Source: Acaryochloridaceae cyanobacterium VAR_48_metabat_390 (GTDB lineage Bacteria; Cyanobacteriota; Cyanobacteriia; Thermosynechococcales; Thermosynechococcaceae). From it: a stretch of 27,661 nucleotides of DNA. The position numbers were made by a program, and so were the translations under genes. The notes beneath the pieces are model-generated. The model had not been told where the DNA came from. It saw nothing but the letters and a program-made list of their open reading frames with translations, and made no database searches. Positions 18,149-26,653 of the stretch are shown here, piece after piece. Location of the stretch: positions 1 to 27,661 of the forward strand of contig JANPLU010000109.1 in NCBI GenBank assembly GCA_031422435.1. The letters run 5' to 3'. Within the stretch, counting starts at the first letter, position 1. Every line of letters begins with the position of its first letter.

Positions 18149-19639
18149 ATGTCTGCCCAATTACCAAGATCCCAAAGTCTAATGCCGCAGTGGTTTGGTG
18201 CGCTCCCATCCTCAAGGCAACTCCTGGTTTGGAGTGGGGCAGGTTTAGCCTTTGTTGGTTACGGCATAACTCATCTTCCTTCACCGATTGAGCTAATGAG
18301 CTGGGCGGGGCTGGCTGGCGCTGGAGTGTGGGGCGTCCGTCGGTTTTGGCGCACTTCAGATGTGATGGATTCGGCTGTGGTGCGATCGCTCACTCTAAAT
18401 CAGGTCAAACAGGCGATCGCCCAAACGCAACTCCAGCTTGAACAGCTTGTGACTGAATCTCTAGAGAGGCTATCGGTACGAGAAAACTATGCTGCTGCTC
18501 TATTGGAAATTGAGCAAAGCCTAAGTCGTCAAACCCTAGAACTTCAGATTGTGGGCACCCGTGCTGTGGGCAAAACCACTTTACGTCAGCTTTTAGCCCA
18601 GCAGCTCTCTGAATCGAGCCAAACGCAGTGGACTCTTGCGGGATCTAAGGCAATTTCAGCAGAAGCCTTTCAATCTGACTGTGCAGAAAACCTTAAACAG
18701 ATAGATGTGGTTCTATTTTTAGTTCAGGGTGATTTAACCCAGGGTGAGTGGGTGGCGCTACAGCAGCTTCAGGTGCAGCGTAAGCGGGTTCTGCTGTTGC
18801 TCAATAAGCAAGATCAGTATTTACCCGCTCAGGCTGAGCTGTTATTAGAGCAGATTAAGCAGCGGGTACAGGGCATGGTGGCGGCGAAAGATGTAGTGGC
18901 GATCGCCACTTGCCCCCAGCCCATCAAAGTCCGACGCTATCAGGCAGATGGCGCGTATGAAGACCATTGGGAAACGCCACCCCCACAGATTCAGCCTTTG
19001 CTAGACCAGATGCAGCAAGTCGCCGAGCAAGAGGTCAATCAGCTTGTATTACAGGGTGCCCATCAGCAAACGCTGGCCTTACAGGAAAAAATCCAGGCTG
19101 AGTTAAACCAGATTCGGCGCGATCGCGCAGTGCCCCTGATTGAGCGCTACCAATGGATTGCAGCAGGAGCAGCCTTTGCAAACCCATTGCCGTCACTCGA
19201 TATGGTAGCAACCGCCGCCATTACGGGCAAAATGATTCAGGATTTAGCCCAAAACTATCAAATTCAGCTTTCTTTAGATCGTGCTACTGAGATTGCTGGC
19301 GTATTGGCAAAAATCATGATTCAGATGGGTTTAGTCGAAGCATCGAGTCAGCTCATCAGTTCTGTACTGAAGGGCAATGCAGCAACGTTTATTGTGGGTG
19401 GAAGCATTCAGGGTGTGGGCGCAGCCTACTTTACGCGCATTGCCGGATTGAGTCTAATTGAACTTTTCGAGGTGTATCGTACTTCTGAGTCTGGATGGCG
19501 GTTGGATGACGGCGTGTTGGGGCAGATTGTGCAGCGCGTCTTTGGGCAGCATCAAAGGCTTGAAGTGTTTAAAAATCTGGTACAGCAAACGCTGCATCGA
19601 TTAAAGCCAGAAGGGAAAGCGGCGATTACTGCTGTCTAA
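18149..19639 (+). CDS. DUF697/YcjF-family protein with GTPase-like domain
   Basis: N-terminal TM segments, G1 GTRAVGKT, GDLT..E, G4 NKQD, then YQWIAAGAAFANPLPSLD and IQGVGAAYFTRIAG. Confidence 0.82.
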   Translation: MSAQLPRSQSLMPQWFGALPSSRQLLVWSGAGLAFVGYGITHLPSPIELMSWAGLAGAGVWGVRRFWRTSDVMDSAVVRSLTLNQVKQAIAQTQLQLEQLVTESLERLSVRENYAAALLEIEQSLSRQTLELQIVGTRAVGKTTLRQLLAQQLSESSQTQWTLAGSKAISAEAFQSDCAENLKQIDVVLFLVQGDLTQGEWVALQQLQVQRKRVLLLLNKQDQYLPAQAELLLEQIKQRVQGMVAAKDVVAIATCPQPIKVRRYQADGAYEDHWETPPPQIQPLLDQMQQVAEQEVNQLVLQGAHQQTLALQEKIQAELNQIRRDRAVPLIERYQWIAAGAAFANPLPSLDMVATAAITGKMIQDLAQNYQIQLSLDRATEIAGVLAKIMIQMGLVEASSQLISSVLKGNAATFIVGGSIQGVGAAYFTRIAGLSLIELFEVYRTSESGWRLDDGVLGQIVQRVFGQHQRLEVFKNLVQQTLHRLKPEGKAAITAV

Positions 19640-19692
19640 AATACTGGTATTTAATAGTCTTACCTGACTTAAGGGATTGATGAGGCATGTCT

Positions 19693-20388
19693 CTAGGGTC
19701 TGGCTAAGCAACGAACTTCATCTATTTCTCGACATAACTGCTCAATAAGATGCGCTGGATTATTGGCCTGAAGAATTGCGCCACTGATGGCGATCGCCCC
19801 ACACCCAAAGTCCGCCATGCACCCAGCGCCTACTGCTCCTGCCAACATCACTTCTGCCACTCGTCCAGGCCGCATTCCGCCTAAAGCGACTAGCGGACGG
19901 ACACTTCTTTGAACACAGGACTGAAGGCCAGATAGCCCTAAAGTTTCACGGATGTCATTGGGCTTTGAAGTGGGGCGATAGATAGGGCTAATGGTGGCAT
20001 AGTTGGCAAGTCCAATATCGGCAGCGTTGAGGGGATCTTGGGCATGACGGGATGCGCCGAGCAGCATGTTAGGCAGAAGCTGCGATCGCACCTCTTTGAG
20101 CGGCACATGCGCCGCCACATGAACACCATCAAGACCAAACTCCAGCGCAAGATGGGGATAGGTATGCACCAATAGTTTTGCGCCTACAGCCTGGGTCCTC
20201 GGCTGGAGCGTTTTGATAACATCCGTGACGTGAGCCTGAGAGGCTGCTTTATCGCGCACCAAAATGGCAATGCGATCGCTCAAAGGGCTACGCAGAATCT
20301 GTTCTACCACTTCTGTCACCGTCTTATTGACCTGCACACAGGCAGTCCGGTCTGTAATCACTAAAATATCAAAGGGCAGCCCAGACAC
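19693..20388 (-). CDS. ThiE/TenI-fold protein (thiamine phosphate synthase family)
   Basis: LVITDR, VRDK, DGVH, GASRH, SPIYRPTSKP, PLVALGGM. GTG start at 20388 behind GGAGAG was preferred over the ORF-track start, which overlaps cobD. Confidence 0.8.
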   Translation of the reverse strand: MSGLPFDILVITDRTACVQVNKTVTEVVEQILRSPLSDRIAILVRDKAASQAHVTDVIKTLQPRTQAVGAKLLVHTYPHLALEFGLDGVHVAAHVPLKEVRSQLLPNMLLGASRHAQDPLNAADIGLANYATISPIYRPTSKPNDIRETLGLSGLQSCVQRSVRPLVALGGMRPGRVAEVMLAGAVGAGCMADFGCGAIAISGAILQANNPAHLIEQLCREIDEVRCLARP

Positions 20389-20400
20389 TAAAAACTCTCC

Positions 20401-21393
20401 ATGCAGCTTATTTTCCCAAGCCCTGAGGCATCCATTGTATTGGTAAGCGCAGCCTGCCTTGACTTTATTGTGGGGGATCCGTGGGGATGGCCTCATCCGG
20501 TACGGTTGATGGGTACGATCATTGAAAGCTACTGCAAGTGGATCTGGCGTTGGGTAAAGCGTCCATTTGCACTACGCACTGCCGGAATCATTTTAGCTTT
20601 GGGCCTGGTTTTAGGCAGTGCGCTGATGGCGTGGGGCATTATTTACCTCGCGTATCAAGCCTGGATCCCCGCTGGATGGATGGTTGAAATAATTTTGCTG
20701 GCAAGCTGTTTTGCAGGACGCAGTTTGCGGACAGCGGCGCAAGAGGTGCTTCAGGCGTTGAATAAAAAATCGATAGAAGATGCCAGGATTGCGCTCAGCC
20801 ACTATGTGGGACGCGATACCGACGCACTATCAGAACCAGAAATTTTACGGGCGATTTTAGAAACCGTTGCCGAAAACTCCACTGATGGGGTGATGGCTCC
20901 TTTGTTTTATGCCGCCTTGGGGCTGGCCTTGCCAGGAGTGGGATCGGTGCCGTTTGCGATCGCCTACAAAGCCGCCAGCACCCTCGATTCGATGGTAGGC
21001 TACCGCAGCGAACCCTACGCCGATCTAGGTTGGTTCAGTGCTAACTTAGATGATGTCTTAACCTGGATTCCCTGTCGGCTGAATGTTTTCACGTTAGGGG
21101 CAATTTCTGGCAAACTTCAGGCCGTCTGGCGGTTATGCCAAAAAGATGCGAGAAGAGATCCTAGCCCCAATTCTGGGTGGAGCGAATGTGCCTATGCCGC
21201 TATCTTAAGCGTGCAATTAGGTGGACTTAATTCTTATAAAGGCGTTATTAAGTTCAAGCCATTGCTGGGGAGAGCCTACCAGCCCATTACGCAAGAGCGG
21301 ATTGAGTATGCCCTGCGATTGACGCGCAACTGCTTTGTGACATGGGTGGCAGTGGCAATCTCGTTTGTGGTGGCATTCTACCCACTCAGGTAA
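20401..21393 (+). CDS. cobD: Adenosylcobinamide-phosphate synthase CbiB/CobD
   Basis: GDPWGWPHPV, VGRDT, ETVAENSTDGVMAPLFY, YKAASTLDSMVGY, DPSPNSGWSE; start position uncertain. Confidence 0.95.
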   Translation: MQLIFPSPEASIVLVSAACLDFIVGDPWGWPHPVRLMGTIIESYCKWIWRWVKRPFALRTAGIILALGLVLGSALMAWGIIYLAYQAWIPAGWMVEIILLASCFAGRSLRTAAQEVLQALNKKSIEDARIALSHYVGRDTDALSEPEILRAILETVAENSTDGVMAPLFYAALGLALPGVGSVPFAIAYKAASTLDSMVGYRSEPYADLGWFSANLDDVLTWIPCRLNVFTLGAISGKLQAVWRLCQKDARRDPSPNSGWSECAYAAILSVQLGGLNSYKGVIKFKPLLGRAYQPITQERIEYALRLTRNCFVTWVAVAISFVVAFYPLR

Positions 21394-21631
21394 TATCTTG
21401 AAGTTGTGAATAGGTTGCTCTCCAAATAACCTGTCTGCTCTTGATAATGCTGATTCACAGGTCTGAATTACTATGTCTTAATTACTACCCTACAGACTTG
21501 TCTTAATCTAAAAAAATGAGAAACACGCGAAAGCAATGATAATTCTGCCTCACTCCAGGCTAAAGATGCCCCATAAATTCAACTAGAACTGTTGCTGATC
21601 AACAGGTCACTTTTTTATATTTAAAGTTTCT

Positions 21632-21654
21632 GATACTCTACTGTGTAGAGTATC
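21632..21654. promoter_or_regulatory. 10-3-10 palindrome, candidate operator or hairpin
   Basis: GATACTCTAC-TGT-GTAGAGTATC in an AT-rich intergenic region. Confidence 0.5.
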
Positions 21655-21804
21655 TAACCTTCGTAAAAGGAAGATTTTTTGATTAAATCTTCGAAAGACC
21701 TTTCAGAGATGGCTTTTGCGATAAAAGCACCTTAAAAAGGAATGCTTTTAAGCTTCGCAGTCTCAATTTTCAGGTTTATAGATTTTTTTATAAAGGTCAG
21801 TAAC

Positions 21805-22395
21805 ATGAAGTTCTTAGTCGGTATTGCTTTAAGTTGTGCTGTTTTTGTTTCAGCGGCTGTCCCTGCTTGGGCGCAAGCCGTTAATGCTGGTTTGACAGGT
21901 GGAAAGCAGGTCGAAGGAAAAATTTTAAACCTGACCGATTCTGAAATGACCATCCAAACTGCGAATGAAACCCAGGTCTATAAAGTTAACAGAGATACTT
22001 TAAAGGCACTTAAGTTAAGTCAAGGGTCAGACGTGATCATAGATGGCAGCCTACTCCAAACGGGCCGGATTACCCGACTGGCGGCCTATGACGTCGAGGT
22101 GGAGTTAGATAATGGTGAATTTATCAACTTCGTGCTGTCTCCTGAAGGTCGTCGTACGCTAGGGGTTGGTGATCGGGTTGTTATTACCTCTATTGTGACG
22201 CCCTCGCGCTGTCAAAAAATCTATAGGCTAGAGAGCTACACGCTGATGGCACGGGATCTTAAGGCTAAAATCATCGTTGTTGCGACTGAGCCACCTGCCC
22301 CCAGGGTTGAGAAGCCACTTTCTACGCCTACGTCAGTACAGCCTGCTGTACCTGTACAGGTTCAACCAGAAGCACCTGTACGCGGACTTTGGTAG
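21805..22395 (+). CDS. Secreted hypothetical protein with two beta-rich repeats, Pro-rich tail and terminal PVRGLW
   Basis: MKFLVGIALSCAVFVSAAVPAWA/Q looks like a Sec signal peptide, so ATG 21805 (AAAGG upstream) was chosen over 21742. Confidence 0.8.
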   Translation: MKFLVGIALSCAVFVSAAVPAWAQAVNAGLTGGKQVEGKILNLTDSEMTIQTANETQVYKVNRDTLKALKLSQGSDVIIDGSLLQTGRITRLAAYDVEVELDNGEFINFVLSPEGRRTLGVGDRVVITSIVTPSRCQKIYRLESYTLMARDLKAKIIVVATEPPAPRVEKPLSTPTSVQPAVPVQVQPEAPVRGLW

Positions 22396-22447
22396 GTTAT
22401 GGCGTAGTGGGTAGGCAGAAATGTTGATGAACTGACGAATTTAATCA

Positions 22448-22555
22448 GGTCATGTTCTACCGCTGTTGCGGAGTGCTCCAAACCTACAGATCGGCGTTCT
22501 GAACTATGGACGGATGCCTGTAGAAAACCCTCGTTCACAGACTTAGAACATGACC
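22448..22555. repeat. 108-bp element bounded by 12-bp perfect inverted repeats
   Basis: GGTCATGTTCTA ... TAGAACATGACC, with an internal CTACAG...CTGTAG stem. Confidence 0.6.
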
Positions 22556-22685
22556 CCATCCATTGCAAAATTGGTTAATAGCGTTTCGGGTCTTTAGCGC
22601 ATCATCCATTTCCAAAATTTATTAAGCTATTCTGCTCCATCGCGTAGGATCTAAATAGCAAGTATCGCAAGGGCTAACCCGAGTC

Positions 22686-23768
22686 ATGACCTCAGAGCCA
22701 ACGGCAAAACCCAACCTCGGACGGCTTGAGAAAATTGATTTAGCCACCTATTGGCAGACCGAAGCCTCGGACTTTATCCCCTGGCTGGTTCAGGATGAGA
22801 ACCTGAAGCTGTTATCAGACACTATTGGGATCGATCTAGCGGTAGTTCTAGAAGCAGCGCAAGTCGAGGAGCTACAGACGGACCTTCTGTGCCGAGATGT
22901 AAAAACAGGGGGCTGGGTACTCATTGGCAATCAGCTAAACCCTTCAGATGAGAAACACCTGGGGCGATTACTGACCTACGCCGCAGATATGGATGCCTCT
23001 GCTGTGGTCTGGATTTCGAGTCAATTTGCGCCAGAACACCGCACTACTCTAGATTGGCTCAACCGAATTACCCAGTCTGCTATTCAATTTTTTGGCCTAG
23101 AACTCGAGCTATGGCGAATTGGTGAAGCTGCAATGGCAGCTCGCTTTAATTGGGTTACTCAAGTTAAAGAACAGCCAAACTTAGACCAACCCGATCCCCA
23201 AACGTGCGCAGAATCTGACGCGGCACAAACGGAGGAAACTCTAGAAGAAGAACCAGAGCCACTCAGTGAAGCACAGCAGCAAAACCTCGACTTTTGGACA
23301 GCGCTTTGTGATCAATTAGAGCGGCGGGGCAGCATTGTAAAACCAGGTGCCCCCGTGACCGAGGCACACATCAGTTTTGCGATTGGACGCGCGGGCTTTC
23401 GGCTCTATGCCAATCTAGACCGCGAAGCATCCTGCTTGGATGTGGGGCTATCTTGTACGGATGTGGATGCCTATGCCTATTTTAATTTGCTGTTTGAGCA
23501 GCAGGGCGCTATTGAAGCAGAGATGGAAATCTTGATGGATTGGAGCAATGATGCCGATGGACAAACTTTTGCCGTGTACTGCACGCTTGCTGAAATTGAT
23601 CTGGAAGACCCAGCCCATTGGGTGACCTACACTCGCTGGATGTGTGATTTTCTGGAAAAACTGCACAGCACTTTCTCTGGACGGATTAAAGCCCTGAACG
23701 CGGGTGACTTTAGACCTATACCCTATGGCCTAACGACACTTCAGAATGCCTTAATTCTGCCAAGCTAA
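22686..23768 (+). CDS. DUF4268-domain protein with N-terminal restriction-endonuclease-like domain
   Basis: LGRLEKIDL..W..EA.DF.PWL, DLLC.D, HLG.LLTYAA, LDWLN, FFGLELELWRIG, then an FW-initiated C-terminal domain. Confidence 0.78.
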   Translation: MTSEPTAKPNLGRLEKIDLATYWQTEASDFIPWLVQDENLKLLSDTIGIDLAVVLEAAQVEELQTDLLCRDVKTGGWVLIGNQLNPSDEKHLGRLLTYAADMDASAVVWISSQFAPEHRTTLDWLNRITQSAIQFFGLELELWRIGEAAMAARFNWVTQVKEQPNLDQPDPQTCAESDAAQTEETLEEEPEPLSEAQQQNLDFWTALCDQLERRGSIVKPGAPVTEAHISFAIGRAGFRLYANLDREASCLDVGLSCTDVDAYAYFNLLFEQQGAIEAEMEILMDWSNDADGQTFAVYCTLAEIDLEDPAHWVTYTRWMCDFLEKLHSTFSGRIKALNAGDFRPIPYGLTTLQNALILPS

Positions 23769-23969
23769 GGCCATCCAATCGTGTCTTGAAGCCCGAAATG
23801 ATGACGCCTCAAACTCAGCATGATGGGTCTGAAGCGTCTAGCCTTAAGCCGAAGGCTTTGCAGCGGCAAGCGTCCTACTTTTGCCCCAGAAAAACATGGA
23901 GTCTACAGCCGTTTTGCCGCCTGGAGGAATCTAAAAATAAAGATGGGGATCCTTACTGAAGCCTTTGCA

Positions 23970-24641
23970 CTAACAGTATTTGGATACATCTTCTTTACAG
24001 TCATCTGCTAGGTATGAAAGTGCTCGAAATCTTAGATACACGAGCTGATCGTAGAGGGGGTTGAGCTTGCACAGAGGGGGGATATGGACGATTTTGCGAC
24101 CAAATAGCGTTACGTTTCGCTCAAAGGGACACTGGGACGGAATGAGCTTACAGAGAAATCGTGCAACTCGGGGATCGTGCATTTCTAGTTCATCAAGCCA
24201 ATGACGCACAGGTAGCAGTACGTCAACGCTGTGTTTCTTGGCGTGAGCTGATTCTGATTGTTCGGCTGCTTTTCCGTCTAACGTATGTCTGAGGGCTTCT
24301 AGAGCGTTCACCTGAAGATTCAGTGCCTGACAAAACGACTCTAGGATCTGATCTTCGGCGGTGGAGTACAGGCCGTCGGCGATCGCAACCATTACGGCAG
24401 TGCGCAAAAAGTTTTCCCTGACTGAGGTATCAGTTCCAAGCTGTTGTGCCAAGTCTTCTGGTGCAATCGGCTCATAAATACCTGTTCTGAGGTCTGGCGC
24501 TAGTTCTGGGGTGACAAGCTGATTAATCAGCGCCTTTTCTGCCTCACTGAACTGACCATCAGCCCAGGCGACTGTTACTAGGCCTCTGAGCCAGGCCGTA
24601 ATCTGTTCTGAAGAATATGGGGTGGGTGATGCTGTCTCCAT
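23970..24641 (-). CDS. TerB-like plus 'Mo-dependent nitrogenase C-terminal' domain protein
   Basis: AWLRGL..VAWADG.F, ENFLRTAVMVAIADG, LCKLIPSQCPFER, IPPLCKLNPLYDQLV.LRFRALSYLAD. Confidence 0.88.
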   Translation of the reverse strand: METASPTPYSSEQITAWLRGLVTVAWADGQFSEAEKALINQLVTPELAPDLRTGIYEPIAPEDLAQQLGTDTSVRENFLRTAVMVAIADGLYSTAEDQILESFCQALNLQVNALEALRHTLDGKAAEQSESAHAKKHSVDVLLPVRHWLDELEMHDPRVARFLCKLIPSQCPFERNVTLFGRKIVHIPPLCKLNPLYDQLVYLRFRALSYLADDCKEDVSKYC

Positions 24642-24675
24642 ACTGCATTCCTCTATTGCTCCGTTTTAAAGCAGC

Positions 24676-24939
24676 CTATTTTTCTAAGCGCACGACGTAC
24701 CACTGCAGGTAGTGATCTGAATCTAAGTCAAATTCACAGCCTGTTTGCATCAAGTGCTGGGCTTGTGCGTCAATGGACGGGAACTTTTGGAGATCTGGCG
24801 GCAAATCTTGTTGACGAACAGCTGCTAAAACACCTTTAAGCTTTTCGAGCAGCTCAGCAGCGCTCAAAAAGCACTCTGGCTTGTTGGTTTCCAGCACCAC
24901 GAAGGTGTCTTCGGGAATGTACATGAGGGCATTGGGCAT
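24676..24939 (-). CDS. crr7: Chlororespiratory reduction 7 (NDH-1 assembly factor) homologue
   Basis: MPNALMY..D.FVVLE...PE.FL...ELL.KL, CEFD......LQWYVVRLEK; start set at ATG 24939. Confidence 0.85.
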   Translation of the reverse strand: MPNALMYIPEDTFVVLETNKPECFLSAAELLEKLKGVLAAVRQQDLPPDLQKFPSIDAQAQHLMQTGCEFDLDSDHYLQWYVVRLEK

Positions 24940-25064
24940 GGTCTGATCTCCCGATTGATGGGAATTTGATGAGAGCAGGCTGTGCTGGAGCTTTCTGATC
25001 ATAGGTGCTATGACGTTTGCTAAAACTGCCTCTACGGCATTTTGGACCTGGTTTACTTTAAGAC

Positions 25065-25592
25065 TTAGGCGATCGCCACACGTTTGCGTAAAGAATTTAC
25101 CCGTCGTTTGGCGGTGTCGTTTTTGGGTTCGTGCTTCAGCACCTTTTCGTAGGCATCTAAGGCGGGGGCGACTAGATTTTTACGTTCGTAGGCATGACCT
25201 AGGTTATTGAGGGCAACGACGTAGTTTTCTTTGAGTTTTAGAGCCTCTTTATAAGTCCGAATGGCAACGTCAAACTGCTCTTGGGTGAAGTAGGCATAGC
25301 CCATTGCATTATAAATGGGCGCAAGGTTGGTTTCACCCTCAGCTTCTGCGGCTTTGAGTGCCTGCTGAAACTGCTGAATGGCCTGAACTGCCAGATTTTT
25401 GCTGAGGTAGAGGCTGCCTAGCTCAAAATGCTCTTGGGTAGTGCCTTTGCCTTGACCGAGCTGATTTTGAAGACGACTGAGGGTTAGCTCTGTCTTTCGG
25501 GTTTTAAACACCTGCCGCAGGACAAACCAGCCTGCTGCCCCCAGCAGCACCAGCAACACGCTGAGATATACAACGACTAGATTGTTGTCCAT
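25065..25592 (-). CDS. ycf37: Ycf37 TPR protein (photosystem I assembly related)
   Basis: N-terminal TM helix YL..LL.LL, then RQVFKTRK.E, YNAMGYAY and YVVALNNLGHAYE TPRs; start set at ATG 25592. Confidence 0.82.
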   Translation of the reverse strand: MDNNLVVVYLSVLLVLLGAAGWFVLRQVFKTRKTELTLSRLQNQLGQGKGTTQEHFELGSLYLSKNLAVQAIQQFQQALKAAEAEGETNLAPIYNAMGYAYFTQEQFDVAIRTYKEALKLKENYVVALNNLGHAYERKNLVAPALDAYEKVLKHEPKNDTAKRRVNSLRKRVAIA

Positions 25593-25678
25593 AATCGGAA
25601 ATTGCTTATTGTGATGACTAAGGCTGTTTTTGGAGACAATTGCGTCCTGTCTCAGCCTATCAAATTTCGGGTCTTGTG

Positions 25679-26653
25679 CTAAGGTAAGCCCCAAGTTTGA
25701 CGCTGGGTTTCAAGCCAGCCTTCCTGCTGCCACTGCCGGAGCGCCGCGTTAATCCGCAGTCGGAGTGGCTCGTACTGCACGCCTTTAGGGAAAACGATCG
25801 CCAAGGGCTGCACGGTCAAGTTAGTCGAAAAGAATAGATATTGCGGGTTCTGACGGGCAAGGCTGGACAAGATTAGGCGATCGCCCACCATGGCCTGCAC
25901 CTGAGCCGTTTTAAGCATCTGCTGACCCGCAGCGTAGGAAGGCACCCCCACTAAACGAGCCTTGGGCAGCGCTGACTTAAGGTAGGGCAAAGTAACTGAG
26001 GGCTGAAGCACTGCAACCGTCTGGCGGTAGAGCACCTGAAGTGTGTTCCATTTAGGGTTTTGGGTCAAAATGCCCGTCCCGTTGCGATAGTAGGGTTCGC
26101 TAAAAGAAACCAGGCGCATTCGGTTTTCAGTAAGGGTTAGATCGGCGATCGCTAGGTCTACCGCGCCGGATGTGACTGCTGTGAGTCGTGCCGTATTGAG
26201 GACAGGCTGAAGCACCACGGCTTGTTCTGAACCCAGCAGGTCTTTGGCGAGGCGTTTGGCTATTTCAATTTCAAACCCCTGGAGCGTACCGTTTGCATCG
26301 CGGTAGCCTAGCGGAGGGAGATTATGTTTAACAGCAACAATCAATCGCCCCCGCTGGATGATTTCACTCAGAGGAGCGGCGATGGTGGCGCAAGGAAACA
26401 GCAGTAGGGTTAAGAACAAGCCCAATCTTATGAAAGTTGCTATTGCCCCACGCTGTTGCTTAGGATCGTGAGCTAGATAACTTAGAGAATTGCTTAGTGG
26501 CGATGCGCTTTGCACTCCCTCATCCCCTAACCCCTTCTCCCAGGGCGGGAGAAGGGGGACAAGATTCTTACTCCCCTCTCCCGTTCTGGGAGAGGGGTTG
26601 GGGGTGAGGGTCAAAGTTTGGATGTTATTTAATCCACGATCCTTAGCATTCAT
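25679..26653 (-). CDS. Polar amino-acid ABC transporter substrate-binding protein (family 3); start uncertain
   Basis: RGRLIVAVK.NLPPLG, LQGFEIEIAKRLA, VDLAIA, R.RLVSFS.PYY, PKG.QY..LR; the N-terminus is interrupted by a repeat. Confidence 0.85.
   Translation of the reverse strand: MNAKDRGLNNIQTLTLTPNPSPRTGEGSKNLVPLLPPWEKGLGDEGVQSASPLSNSLSYLAHDPKQQRGAIATFIRLGLFLTLLLFPCATIAAPLSEIIQRGRLIVAVKHNLPPLGYRDANGTLQGFEIEIAKRLAKDLLGSEQAVVLQPVLNTARLTAVTSGAVDLAIADLTLTENRMRLVSFSEPYYRNGTGILTQNPKWNTLQVLYRQTVAVLQPSVTLPYLKSALPKARLVGVPSYAAGQQMLKTAQVQAMVGDRLILSSLARQNPQYLFFSTNLTVQPLAIVFPKGVQYEPLRLRINAALRQWQQEGWLETQRQTWGLP
26517..26610. mobile_element. 94-bp palindromic REP/MITE-like element made of two inverted ~40-bp hairpin units
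   Basis: CCCTCATCCCCTAACCCCTTCTCCCAGGGCGGGAGAAGGGG - spacer - CTCCCCTCTCCCGTTCTGGGAGAGGGGTTGGGGGTGAGGG. Each half has its own hairpin and the halves are near reverse complements. Mobility is inferred. Confidence 0.75.

Noticed and set aside
20389..21800. TPP or cobalamin riboswitch near the thiE-like gene or cobD
   Set aside because: No recognisable consensus elements by eye and essentially no leader space between the two genes.
23820..24011. 63-aa + strand ORF after the DUF4268 gene
   Set aside because: No motif or RBS, and it overlaps the convergent gene's 3' end.
23970..24641. Nitrogen fixation implied by the 'Mo-dependent nitrogenase C-terminal' domain name
   Set aside because: The domain is common in non-diazotrophic cyanobacteria and there are no nif genes here.
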